Positions 53,701 through 64,000 of a stretch of DNA of 64,000 bases are shown here, in pieces. This DNA comes from Antedon mediterranea (taxonomy: Eukaryota > Animalia > Echinodermata), in assembly GCF_964355755.1 (NCBI RefSeq), contig NC_092680.1:12905045-12969044 (forward strand), in the 5' to 3' direction. Position numbers and translations under genes: made by a program. How positions within the stretch are numbered: position 1 is the first letter of the stretch; each line of letters begins with the position of its first letter. Below the pieces are notes generated by a model. It saw only the letters and a list, made by a program, of their open reading frames with translations, searched no databases and was not told the DNA's origin.

Positions 53701-56700
53701 GATGCATTAAGTATATAGTTCGTCTATAAGCTCAGTGAGTACCTACCTTATAAAGGTTTGCCAATTTACTTTGTGATTGAATCTCATTATGAAACAACAC
53801 TTCAGACTGAGCCTCGGCATCAGAGTTCTAAACAAATAAAGATAAACAAATATTTTATTGCAGACTGTAACAGCAGACCACACCCACCCCTTTCCCACCC
53901 TTTTTGTGACATCCCTCCCCGCCCTTTTTGTGACATCCCTCCCCGCCCTTTTTGTGACAACCCCTTCCCCGCCCTTTTTGTGACACCCCTTCCTCGCCCT
54001 TTTTGTGACACCCCTTCCCCGCCCTTTTTGTGACACCCCTTCCTCGCCATTTTTGTGACATCTCTCCCCCACTGATATACAATCTTACTGTTACATTTTG
54101 AATAAAAGCATTGTTAAATGTAAGGGCGTGTGGCGCAGTGTGTTGGACATTGGACTACTGATCGTGAGATTTTGGTTCGAATCCCAATCTCGCCGCATTG
54201 CTTGTATCCTTAGGCAAGATACTTTACTTACATTTGCCTCTCTCCACCCAGGTGTATAAATGGGTACCCGGTTAGATCAAGACACAACTTTGCGCTGATT
54301 ACTAGCTGCATTATGGGAGTATGTTTCCATCGTGTTTGATCCAAAAATGACTGGGGTAATAATGTGAAGAGCTTAGAAGCATTCTGCAATAAACGCTATA
54401 AAAAATGAATGTTATTAAATGTTACCTCTTTTATTTTCTGTATCAAAGTCTCAATTTTCTTTGTCTGTTCTGATTTTGTTTTTTTCAATGATTCATTGAG
54501 ATCATTTAAATGCTGCACTTGGTCAGTTGTACTGCTCAATTGACCTTTCAGATCTAACACTATTTCTGACTACAATAGGAGAAGAAACGAAAGTCAATAC
54601 AATTAAACATTACCTTACAATACGCTGTATTATTATTCAGTTCTATTAATTTATCTTAAACTAAATCTTAATAAATTTTTTTTTAAATATAACTACTACA
54701 AATTGTGAGTGCTGCGAGAAGATCTACGGCCTATATAATGCCTAGCATAATGTAGTTTTGATGGATGCACACAGTGTACAATTGTTGCCTGCAATAATCT
54801 ATTTCTACCACAGAGAGCAAAAACTTAGCCTACTAGTTCGTCTTAGGCCAATGTTTTGTAGTCAAACAAAGACCTTTTGGATCTGACAACAAATGAAGCG
54901 TTACGGGAGGTCAAAATATACTTTATATATCATATCACTGTACCTCTGTGTGACTCTCTGTTTTGCACATTCAGTATCATAGGCAACTTCTGTAATACAG
55001 TGTCATTGTGACAACTGCATTAAGGTTAATGGATAGGTTCAGTCATACAGATGTCACATGTGAAACATATGTGATGCTGTATCACAGAATTTGCCTATGA
55101 TACTGTGCAAATTATAGAACCAAGAATCTTACCTTCTCTTTCCTGATAGACAGTAAATCATCAGTTTTTGTTTTCAGTTCCGTGTTGAGCCATTCAGTCT
55201 GAGACATCAACAGCTGCTTCTCCTGTTCAAGGCGCTTCTCGCGATACTAAATTTATCAACATTAAAAATTACTTATACTTTTATTACTACTGTACTCAAG
55301 TGTGACTATAAATTAATAATGGATAGACACACAATTTGAAAAGACGCTTTAAATATGATTATTAATATAAAATATGATGATCTGGTGGCTACGGACCTGC
55401 AGTTGAGTTAATTATTTATTCTTTCTTTATTCTGCAGGCACTTTCATTACTAGTGCACTCAGGGCTCGATTTAGTGCTAGCCCGGCGTACAATGGCTAGT
55501 AAAAACAGCTCCGGGCTACCTAAAGTATCTTCCTTTAAGCCCGGATGGCTAGTAGGTTGTGGGAACTCGAAATTGGGACGAAATGACCTCATAAAAATAA
55601 CTCCAGCATAAAAGACATATGTCTTGCCAACATCAGCAAAAAAAACCACTCGCGCGCTGCTGTGGCCATTACAAGTAATGATGTAGGCGGAGCCTCTCAT
55701 AATCAAGCAAATTTTACGAATTATGATTGGCCATTTATGTTTTTGTCACCCAGGTTATTGTGAAGTAGGCGGAGCTTCATTATCAGGTCAAACGTGTCAC
55801 AAAAATACGACCATAAATAACGAACTGTGATTGGCCAAATGTAGTAGAATTTTGTCAATGTTAAAAATAACTTGTCTAGTCTTGTCAGGCCTGGTTGTCA
55901 CAGATCAAAGCTAGGGATATTTTGTAGGGCCGGGTGGCTGGCTCTATCCCTGTAGGTAGGCGGCCATGGAGGCCATATTTTATAATATGCGTAGGCCTAG
56001 ATAGAATCAAAAGCCATCGTTTGGCATCGTGATGGCTGCTCAGCAGCTAGGTCTAGCTAGATACTACCATTTTGGTAACAGTTGAGTAGAGTAGGCCAGG
56101 TGCTCCAATGCGATCTAGGCTAGGTAGGCCTACGTCTATCCTACTAGCTACCCTACTATAAATAATAGGCTCTAGGCTAAGGTAGACAGAATCTAATTAG
56201 TTTTCTTGGCGGATTGAAGCCCAACAACAAAAAGACCTCAATAAATCGATTCTGTGAATATGGTGAGCATGAAATAGACTATGCGTCGCGACGCAAAGTT
56301 AATTTTTATAATGTGAACAATAAAGAAATACAATTTTGTGTAATTTTTCATGCAATAATAGTTTAATACAGTATTTATGTAAATGTTTAGCAATTCTCGA
56401 GCGTTTAGATTAGTGCGCCCTCTATTGTACAAAATGCCTGAATTCATTTATTTGGCGGCCCTGCTATCACGGTGCGATAATAAGAGTGGGCTAGTAAAAT
56501 AATGTATGGGCTAGTGAAATCTACAGTGAACTAGCCCAGTGGGCTAGCAACATGAAAAAGATAAATCGAGCCCTGGCACTGATTTTCAAAGTGTTACTAA
56601 TGGTAGCAATTGGAAATATCATAACAAACATAATAAAGTAAAGACAAAGAATAATCAAAATAATAATAGAGAAAATATAAATTAAAAATAGAAATCAATT

Positions 56701-58758
56701 TTAGAAAAGAGAATTTTTAAATATTGCATATCAATTGTATTTTGGAATGAAGTTTTTCACATACTTTTAAAGTTAATTGTTAATTTATTTGGAAGTTTTT
56801 TCCAGCTTTTAGATGAACGATAAGTAAACGTTTTTTAGCCTTGACAAATATTCCAGGTGGGGACAACTAAATAATTATAGCTTTGGCTTTGTGCGCCTTT
56901 AGAATGGGTGGAATAGCTAACGCTGTCAAATGCTGTCAAACCAATATCATTAGCAAGATTAAATGTAATAAATAAAATACTTCATTCAAGTCATTTAAAA
57001 TGAAACTGTACATTAATATATTAAATTGATTTTACCTTTCCTGAAATATCCTGACTTTGAATTTCATCAAGTTTAATTTGCGCTTGAACCTTCTGTTGGT
57101 TGGCATTTGCCAATTTCTCTGTAAGGCTTTTCCAATCATCTAAAACAAATTAGTATTTTGAAAATTATGAAAATATGCATGTTAGTTAGGCCAAGTAAAA
57201 CTCAATTTATTGGTTTTTCGAGAGGATGTTTTGTTAAAAAACATTTTGTGTCACTTGTAACAACCTTTTTCTATATGTGAAACAGGAGTATGAACACAGG
57301 AAAAATGTAACATGAAACTGGGCATAATTAGGAGATAAGCCCAATAAAACAAATTTATGTAAAACTCTCTCTTTTACAATATTTCTTTTAGTGTAAAGTT
57401 TTAGAATCAATTTCTGCAGTCATTTTGAAAAAGTATCAGATGTAAGAATTTGGCCTCGTATCAATTCGTACAATACACTACTACTAGCAAACTAGTTTGA
57501 CAAAAAAAGTGTGATATGCCCAAATATGGTAGTGAGATGACATCATTATGTCCATATATGGGCACATCACATTTTTTTGTCTCATAAAGTTTGATGTAGT
57601 GTAGACAGAGCTTAAGTATAATTAGAAACTTGTAGTGTTGCTTACCATTCAACTGTTCAAGTTCTGAATTCTTTCTTTCAAGCGTGTCTAGCAAATCATT
57701 TTTCTCTGTTTCTAGATGTTGATTGGTGCGTGAAACCTGCTGATGTTTCAATTCAATCTCATCTCGAGACGTTGTAGCATCTTTTAGTTTCTCTGTCAAA
57801 TCTTTTATTTGGGTTTCTAAAATAAACATATGATCATCATAGGGCTTTTGGTTTTAATAACACAACTGGTTGTAACAACCCTAACCGATTAAACTCAAAA
57901 TCATTATTAGTATGGCTGACATTTGTCTTACATTCATCTGATGAAACTAAGGACTGGTCCTTTCTTTGACCAAGGGCTTTTCTCGTCCATTTTGTAAATG
58001 TTATTTGTTGTAATGAGTTTATATACTGCGCTGCCAAATATATATCTTTTTTCTTTTTTTTTTTACAAATATAAAGTTCAGTTTCATTTATACTTTGGTT
58101 TTGCGGACAATTTTTATTCAATGATTAAATACAGAAATATTAAAAGGTTATACAAACCAAACTCAGAGTTTTCTTTTCTTAAATGAGCAGCTTGAGAGGC
58201 CTCGGACTGGAAACGTCCCTTCGCTGCAATCAACCTTTTTTCTAGTTCAAAGTAGCGTTGTTCTAAAATTTAAATAAATTAGTTATAGGCCTAATATTAA
58301 AGTTGTATTAATTACAATACAAAACTAACATTACATAACCAAACCTTTTATTATAAAATACATTTGATAAAATTTGTCATTCCAACAACTATAAAATAAT
58401 GTAGGCCTATTCCTCTACTCTAGCCTGCTAGCTAGACCTCTATTATCTAGCCTTTATGTTCTAGCTAGGCCTACTAGTCTTGGCCTCCTCTCTCTCTCAC
58501 GGCATGCAAGGCGGGGAGCCGTACGCGACGGCACTCCACCTGACTGTGCTGTGCTGCTGAGACGGAGTGACACATTGCTGCTTGCTTACCTGAATTAATA
58601 CGTAGTTTTTGATTTTCAGTTTTCAATCCATCTGCAATAGCTTCTTTTGAAAGAAGTGTAGATTCTAATTTATTTTTTGCATCTTCACTTAAGTTATCCA
58701 TTTCATTAGCCTCTAAAATTGAGGCTAACGTGCACATAGCAGCATCGGAAACCGCCAT
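17754..58758 (-). CDS. TPR: Nucleoprotein TPR (nuclear basket coiled-coil protein), about 57 coding exons
   Basis: First exon 58590-58758; last exon 17754-17809 ([18 protein letters not shown]). Diagnostic segments: [134 protein letters not shown]. Coiled-coil N-terminal part followed by an acidic tail. The exon count was made by eye. Confidence 0.95.
17860..18455. repeat. About 31-bp minisatellite in the last TPR intron (about 19 copies, more homogeneous on the right)
   Basis: Unit GGGGCTGCAGGCTTTTTACTGTGTAGTAATA. Confidence 0.92.
21957..22275. mobile_element. TTAA-flanked Kolobok-like MITE family (also about 40966-41290, 41975-42230 and 48172-48347)
   Basis: TTAA-AGATGTATTGTC(C/T)CC ... 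GGGGACAATACATCT-TTAA termini, clearest at 48172-48347. Confidence 0.65.
22856..24477 (+). mobile_element. Helentron/DINE-1-like element (copy B) with an internal duplication of about 310 bp and a tRNA-like module
   Basis: 5' GGTTATCCGC-ctcaa-GCGGATAAGC. 3' GCGGATAACC, hairpin AAACTCGTC..GACGAGTTT, then CTAG-TT. Segment 22940-23240 is repeated at 23250-23540. Confidence 0.75.
24628..24845 (-). mobile_element. 3' fragment of an L2/CR1-clade LINE
   Basis: Translates as [37 protein letters not shown], a typical L2 ORF2 C-terminus, followed by a GCGCTTTATAAG tail. Confidence 0.75.
30492..30631. mobile_element. Representative of a high-copy, about 140-bp PIF/Harbinger (Tourist-like) MITE
   Basis: TIR AGCTCTGTCTACACTATCAAAC, TTA/TAA TSD. 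Other copies start near 597, 6363, 6773, 8073, 19345 (tandem), 20030, 28052, 29174, 29630, 31158, 33365, 34620, 35576, 36729, 37316, 48650 and 57488. Confidence 0.88.
31591..33047 (-). mobile_element. Helentron/DINE-1-like element (copy C, divergent subfamily)
   Basis: CTAG, hairpin AATTCGTCA-cta-TGACGAATT and subTIR AGGTTATATGCA at the left end. Palindrome AGGTTATATGCATGTAACCT at the right end. Internal blocks shared with copies A and B. Confidence 0.7.
34003..34243 (-). mobile_element. 5'-truncated Nin/Deu-domain SINE (same family as 47220-47514; 3' fragment also at about 27797-27895)
   Basis: Aligns by eye with 47220-47460. Confidence 0.75.
38651..38826. mobile_element. Small TIR MITE
   Basis: GTGGCCGTATTCA ... 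TGAATACCGCCAC inverted termini, with internal CACTTAA/TTAAGTG repeats. Confidence 0.55.
39195..39298. repeat. 21-bp tandem repeat (about 5 copies) forming the polypyrimidine tract of a TPR acceptor
   Basis: Unit AAATACAATACAAGAACAG-type, directly adjoining the acceptor at about 39184. Confidence 0.85.
39303..40192. repeat. 20-bp minisatellite, about 44 copies, in a TPR intron
   Basis: Unit TACTATATACTGCACCGGCG, near-perfect, with clustered variants. Confidence 0.97.
42880..47100 (-). mobile_element. Degenerate near-full-length Rex1/Babar-clade non-LTR retrotransposon (APE endonuclease + RT), interrupted by a Helentron-like insertion
   Basis: ORF pieces: [20 protein letters not shown] (46553-47044); [21 protein letters not shown] (44599-45330); [29 protein letters not shown] (43720-44073); FADD near 43680; [12 protein letters not shown] (43024-43458). 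Frameshifted. 3' AATAAA followed by a (TATCTTG)n tail at about 42880-42906. Confidence 0.88.
45365..46549 (+). mobile_element. Helentron/DINE-1-like element (copy D) nested in the LINE endonuclease domain
   Basis: Reverse-complement match to 3297-4496 with the same termini. Inserted in a T run with no TSD. Confidence 0.8.
47220..47514 (-). mobile_element. Full-length tRNA-derived SINE with a Nin/Deu-like central domain
   Basis: Head GGGTGAGTGGCCGAGCGGTTAAG (A box) and GGTTCGAG (B box). Core GTCTTCTCGGATAAGGACTATAAACCG..TTAAAGAACC..GAGTAGGGGGTTACCCCGGTG. Stem-loop tail. Confidence 0.78.
47630..47815. mobile_element. Tc1/mariner (pogo/Tigger-like) MITE
   Basis: Perfect 24-bp TIR CAGTCAACTCTCCCAATACCGGAC with TA flanks. 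Confidence 0.88.
49339..49472. mobile_element. Small Harbinger-like MITE
   Basis: TTGGTTCCCACTA ... TAGTGGGAACCAA inverted termini. Confidence 0.6.
51055..51342 (-). mobile_element. tRNA-derived SINE (Meta/CORE-like centre, L2-like tail)
   Basis: Reverse-complement match to 54124-54405. Confidence 0.8.
52107..53466. mobile_element. Non-autonomous hAT-like element with a 5-bp TSD (ACACT)
   Basis: Imperfect TIR CTGGGGTAGCACT / AGTGCGAGCCCAG. ACACT on both sides. Subterminal TAGCCA/TGGCTA/TCGCCA repeats. Confidence 0.7.
53897..54062. repeat. About 24-bp C-rich minisatellite (about 7 copies)
   Basis: Unit CGCCCTTTTTGTGACACCCCTTCC. Confidence 0.9.
54124..54405 (+). mobile_element. tRNA-derived SINE (Meta/CORE-like centre, L2-like tail)
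   Basis: A box TGGCGCAGTG, B box GGTTCGAATCC, core TCCTTAGGCAAG..CTCCACCCAGGTGTATAAATGGGTACC, tail ..AAACGCTATAAAAA. Confidence 0.8.
55460..56575. mobile_element. Non-autonomous hAT-like element with a 5-bp TSD (GCACT)
   Basis: Perfect 14-bp TIR CAGGGCTCGATTTA. GCACT on both sides. Subterminal GGGCTAG repeats. Confidence 0.82.
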
Positions 58759-59876
58759 GTTTCTGAAATGGATGGGAGGTATATTCAGAGCGTCATTCTG
58801 ACGACTGGAGCATTCTCTACCTCTCTACGGAGCGCCATTTATGCCTTTATTTACTTCAATAATAGAAATAGTACTACGGTAACTGCTCAAGTGGACCCAA
58901 TTTAGCAGCAGGGTAGCAGCACGTCCCAGTGATATAAAATACAAATAAGTCACTACTTTTGATATCGTTTCGTATGTTAATACACTGTGCTCCAGTTCCA
59001 ATTTGGTGCCAGTGATGGAGCACATACAAAAACCTCAAGAATAAATACTTCGGGAATTCAAAAAATGTCTATTTATGTTCAATATCGGTTACTCCATCCG
59101 TAATGGAAAAGAAAAATTAGTTTCAAGCCATATCAGTGATTTGAATAACTTGCGTTTGTCTAAGATAAATACTTATTTAGTGTCCCCGGAAATGTATTAA
59201 TATACATAATCACCTATGATAATTATGATAATGTTAAAATTTCAACTATTCAAAATTTTAGGTGGGGTTTTCTACTTTAAAAACTCGACTTCGTATATGC
59301 CTAAGTCCTAGCCCGGCGGCGGAATTAGTCTAAGCTTCGAAATTTGTCTAGAAATCGGCATCTTTGCAAATGTTCTAAATTTGATCTTATTTCACTCTCT
59401 ATTAATCCTATACAAAAACCATCGGAGACAAACTATCTGCTTAAAACATGTTTATTCTGGGACGGTGCGGCCATACACACCAACTACCATAAACGTTTAT
59501 TCATAACATTTTATAACAAAACAATATTTTGCATGAATCGGACATTTCGCTACCAATGTAGCAACATTGATTAACAAAATCAAATTTTAATATTGTGGCG
59601 TGTTGACCGCGAATGACTAACAATACCGTCTTTCCCCCACTACCTGCACAACTACCTGCACAACTATTGCATAACAACGCACGGCATACCAAACCGTTAT
59701 ACCCGCGAGGAAAATATAAATTCACTTTCTTTTAAAATTGAGGGCGACAAACATAACATTTACGAGATCGAATACAGGTTGAAAACAAAATTAAATTAAA
59801 AAAAAGATGTTAAAGGGGGACGTATAATTCTGTGAACCCCAAACACAGTGGTCGCATACCCTTAACTCTATTCCAC

Positions 59877-59949
59877 CGACCAGCATGGGGATCGAACCCA
59901 CGGCATACGTGTTGTCAACACGACGCTCAGGCGACTGAGCTAACTGGTC
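59877..59949 (-). tRNA. 73-nt tRNA-like gene or pseudogene, anticodon GAC (Val), body resembling tRNA-Ile
   Basis: GACCAGT TA GCTC AGTCGCCT GAGC G TCGTG TTGACAA CACGT ATGCC GTGGG TTCGATC CCCAT GCTGGTC G. Acceptor stem 7/7, D stem 4/4, anticodon stem 4/5, T stem 5/5. The D loop lacks the invariant GG. Confidence 0.55.
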
Positions 59950-61189
59950 ATTTTGGTTAACAAGGTTAATATGATATTTATGACGTAATGATGAATTACG
60001 TACGTAATACACGTATAATAGACTATTATCAGCTAATCAGTCATGTAGTGCTTTGTAGCGTAACGCGGGTAATGCTCAGGTTTGAGTGCTCTCAGTTCTA
60101 GATTGGCCGGGTTCGAACCTCTACGGAGGGTTGTAAATGTCAGGCCTCTAACAAGTGGACCTTTTTGTAAAATCAGATACAAAGTTGCATGACATTATTT
60201 TCCATTAAATAGACGACCATAAAACCTCGAAATGAAGCCAATGTGCTCCTTTATTTTTTTTAATACTCTTGGATGGGCTTCTTTTCCACATGGAGTTCTT
60301 TTCGAGATTACTTTTGTAAACTAAATGAGGGAATCTGCTAGATTCCCCCATAATTCACCTGCACAAACTCATTTGCATAACAACGCACGGCATATACTAA
60401 CTGTTTAAAATAGAGCTGCAAAGTCCCCGGAAATGACATATATTATTTTTTCAAACAACATTTATATGAATCTTCAGTGCCCCACCATGCTTGGGGCTGA
60501 GCAAAGATAATTTTGAAAAATAGAGCTGCATAGGTTCCCGCCCGAAAAAAAATGACATGATTTGAAATTATATGAAAACAAACTATATAAAACTCACCAG
60601 GACAAAAGGAGCTTGTCTCCGGAAAGTGCACGTATTCATTGAAATATGAAATTAAATGTTAAGTCTCCGGTACTAGCCCACTATGGTTGGGGCATAGCTG
60701 ATAATAAAAATAGAGCACAGAATTGCACTTTTATGCCTACGTATTACTATAAGTATACATAATCACCTATGAAAATTACGATAATGTTAACAACATTGAT
60801 TAACAAAATCAAAATTTAACAGCGTGACGTGTTGACCGCGATTGACAAACAATACCATCTTACCCACTTTAGGAAAGTGTATTAACATAAGAAAAGATAT
60901 ATATTTTTAAACCAGAAACAACATCAGAAACAAATACGCCACTTACAGCGTGGTTTAACAGTCAAGTAACAGAAAATTACAAAAACTCAAAAACACTTAA
61001 ATTACGACGAAACAGATAAAGATTGGAATTAAAATGTCGATATGGAGATGGGCCTGGACTAAACTATTAAAAGATAAACTTAATCTACTGATGGAAAAAT
61101 GTTTAAGAACATTGACTCTGCTAAAGAGAACATAAAGGATATTGTTGTTTCTAAAATGTATTAAAATTTAGTTACTTTTTTTATTTTTT

Positions 61190-61975
61190 TTTATATCACT
61201 GTGCTCCACTGGCGCCAAATTGGGTTCACTTAACTTACGAAAAACAATATTAAAATGCAGTGACTTATTTTTATTTTATATCACTGTGCTCCACTAGCAC
61301 CAAATTGGGTCCACTTGAGCACTGTTTATTAACATACGAAAAGATATGAAAATGTAGTGACTTATTTCTATTTTATATCACTGTGCTCCACTGGTGCCAA
61401 ATTTGGTCGAATTGAGCACAGTGTATTAACATAAAAAAATATTAAAATGCAGTGACTCATTTCCATGTTATCTGTGCTCGATCCACTGGCGTAAAATTGG
61501 GTCCACTTGAGCACAGTGTATAGAACATATAAAAAGATATTAGTTCAGTGACTAATTATTTCTATTTTATATCACTGTGTTCCACTGGCGCCAAATTGTG
61601 TCAACTCAAGCACAGTTTATTAACATACGAAAAGATATTAACATTTAGTGATTTTGTTTCTATTTTATATCCCTGTGCTCCACTCGTGCCTTCGAGAGAA
61701 GGACAGAGATTGAGTTCACTTGTGGTTATCCTTGGCAATTTGCCTAAAATTGATTTTAAACAAAATTGGGTCCATTGAGCTCATGTATTATACGAATGAG
61801 ATACTATATTAAAAGTTAGTGACTTTATTTCTATTTTATATCACTGTGCTCCCCTTGTGCCAAATTGGGTCCACTTGAGCACAGTGTATTAACATACGAA
61901 AATATATTTAAATTAGTGACTTATTTCTATTCTATATCACTGTGCTCCACAGGTGCCAAATTTGATCCACTGGAC
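61190..61975. repeat. About 97-bp tandem repeat (about 8 copies), an amplification of the inner part of the TIR
   Basis: Recurring TTTTATATCACTGTGCTCCACTGG(C/T)GCCAAATTGGGTCCACTTGAGCACAGTGTATTAACATACGAAAA. Confidence 0.88.
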
Positions 61976-62309
61976 CAGTTACCATAGTACTTTTTCTATT
62001 TCTGAAGTAAATAGAGGCATAAATGGCGCTCCGTAGAAAAGTAGAGAATGCTCCGTCGTCAGAAATGACGCTCTGAATATAGAAATTGTCATACTCTCTC
62101 ATCATGAGTTTTATTACTACTATTTTCAATTTGTATACATTTACTATTGTTATATAAATTAAAAGAAGTTAATTCATTTATTGTTTTGATCCTTTATTAT
62201 TTAAATTTGTATTAATAAAATATAGTCTTTTTTAAGCCCATTATTAATTTATTTATATATATATATTAATTATGTTTAACCTTTGCCCTAAGGAGCCAAG
62301 AATAACAAT

Positions 62310-63329
62310 ATGGCTGACATCAAACAAGAGATACGAGCAATCGCGAAATATTTCAATTTCGGGAATGTCAAAGTGAATATAAATAGTGAAACAAAGGTAA
62401 CACCCATTATATTTATTAGATATATTAATTAAATGCTTATCCATACACTATGATTGACCTAGGCCTAGCTAGGCTAGTTTATCAGGTGTAGTAGCGTCGT
62501 CGGGCGGGCTAGCTAGGGCCAGGCAGTGAGTGGCTGGTCTACTGTACTACCACTAGGCCTAGCCTAGGCCCACTCGGCTGCGCAAAACAAAATAATGATG
62601 TTTTATTTTGTATGTACCTAGGCACCTATTCTACATGAAGATGGCAAAATTCTGACAGGAATGAGCACTATATTACAATATCTTGCTCAACGTGACATAT
62701 CAGGACAAACTGCAGAGAATACAGCTGGAATAAGGCAGTGGCTGGAATACAGAGCAACTGATATTGATAGGTGTGATAATGAAAAAGATAGTTATCTTGT
62801 TTTAAAGGTCTGATCATCTTTGCATTTTTGGCCAATTAATACAGAAATTATGTATTTTATTTATTTTTATTTGAACCATATTTAATGATGAGGGTGATCC
62901 ATCCAGCAATTGCTGATCATTTGGGACCCTCAGTCAGTACAATACACAAAATACAACAATAACAATATTAAGTATGTATGTTTTAAACCATTTTTTTGCT
63001 TTTCTCCGTGGTAAATATTGTAAGTGAAAGATAACATTCATTGGTCTAAAATTCTAAATTTCTATTTTGTAGGAATTGAATCTGTACTTATCTACTAAAA
63101 CTTATTTTGTTGGGAACTGTCTTACAATTGCCGATCTCTGTATTTACCATGGACTACATTCAGTATTGGTAAGATCCACAATCTCTACTTTAATTATTTC
63201 TTCTTCCAAGTTAGATTTCTCTGTTACTTAATCTTTCATTCATCTTCTATTGTTTCTTTTTTTCCTTAGAGTCATCTTACATATCAAGAAAAAGAGAAAT
63301 ATAATCATGTATCTAGGTGGTTTCAGTTT
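62310..63329 (+). CDS. EEF1E1: Eukaryotic translation elongation factor 1 epsilon-1 (AIMP3/p18), exons 1-4; the last exon lies beyond the window
   Basis: Exons 62310-62396, 62622-62807, 63073-63168 and 63270-63329, all phase 0. Motifs IRQWLEYR, LKELNLYLSTKTYFVGNCLTIADL and LTYQEKEKYNHVSRWF match AIMP3. Confidence 0.93.
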
Positions 63330-63390
63330 GTGAGTAGAATCATGATTTATATCATAACTAATAATAAATGAAAGTATTCATTCATATATA

Positions 63391-64000
63391 CAGGGTTCTC
63401 ACCACGCCGGTCGGCACCGGTCGGCCCCGTCCGGCACTCAGAATTTCCGACCGGCACAAACAGGCTCCCGACCGGCACAAATTATTAGATCTAAGACCTA
63501 GCCTAGCTAGGCCTAGACAAAATACCTTGTCCTTAACCTTAAAAAAGCCAAATATGTGCTATTATCTAACATAACAAAACAATAGCCTTTCAGTTCACCC
63601 CTTTGTCTCGCAAACAAATAAAACGTCGATCAATACAATACAAAGCCCAACGAATCTTGTTAGGGTGGTGTTTATGGCCGATCGGGCACACCACGTACAA
63701 GTGGCTTGACGCAAATACAGTACTGGCAAATAGCTAAAAATCTACACAGTACACGTGCGTGAAGTGTTTGTGTCGACCGATCTCTTGATGAATGCGAAAT
63801 TAAATAATTAGAAAATAAATAATGAAATTATGCTATATTTATCTCATTACATGCACATTATTAGTATATTATTTATTAAAGTTGTTTCCAGTTAGTTACT
63901 GCCGGCACTCTAAATTGTCAGAGGACGGCTCCTTTTAAGCCTCCTAGCAACAACATGGTACATTAAGGGATCGTATCATTGAGACTTTAACAGGCATATT
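63391..64000. mobile_element. Left part of a probable hAT-like element in EEF1E1 intron 4
   Basis: Begins CAGGGTTCTCACC with clustered CCGGCAC subterminal repeats. Other end not seen. Confidence 0.5.

Larger units (their letters stand above)
58782..62079. mobile_element. 3.3-kb non-coding element with about 240-bp TIRs and TA flanks, occupying the TPR/EEF1E1 intergenic region
   Basis: 58782-59025 is the reverse complement of about 61845-62079 (TATTCAGAGCGTCATT..CTACGGAGCGCCATTTATGCC..). No transposase ORF. Confidence 0.8.

Noticed and set aside
53743-54082. Gly/Lys-rich short ORFs
   Set aside because: Derived from the 24-bp minisatellite. The real TPR exon here (about 53747-53827) is in another frame.
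54124-54200. Functional tRNA genes at SINE heads (also 47440-47514 and 51270-51342)
   Set aside because: No complete cloverleaf, and each continues into a SINE body.

Overview
AT-rich, intron-dense animal nuclear DNA, probably a marine invertebrate (the taxon is an inference). Exons were read by hand from GT-AG boundaries. Five spliced genes are supported: (1) the first coding exon of an NF-YC-like gene (minus strand, runs off the left edge); (2) a complete 7-exon LAPTM4-like gene (minus); (3) a complete 5-exon NME6 gene (plus), head-to-head with LAPTM4; (4) a complete nucleoprotein TPR gene of about 57 exons and 41 kb (minus); (5) EEF1E1/AIMP3 (plus, runs off the right edge), head-to-head with TPR. 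Introns contain many mobile elements: about 18 copies of one Harbinger-type MITE, four Helentron/DINE-like elements, a degenerate near-full-length Rex1/Babar LINE, Nin/Deu-domain and Meta-type tRNA SINEs, hAT-like elements with 5-bp TSDs, and Kolobok- and mariner-type MITEs, plus several minisatellites. The most unusual features are: a 3.3-kb long-TIR element carrying a cloverleaf tRNA-like gene that occupies nearly the whole TPR/EEF1E1 divergent promoter and ends 23 nt from the TPR ATG; a tandem array made from a LAPTM4 exon end plus its splice donor; and Helentron-like elements with co-varying termini, two of them carrying Pol III-like modules. The longest ORFs in the supplied track are tandem-repeat artefacts.
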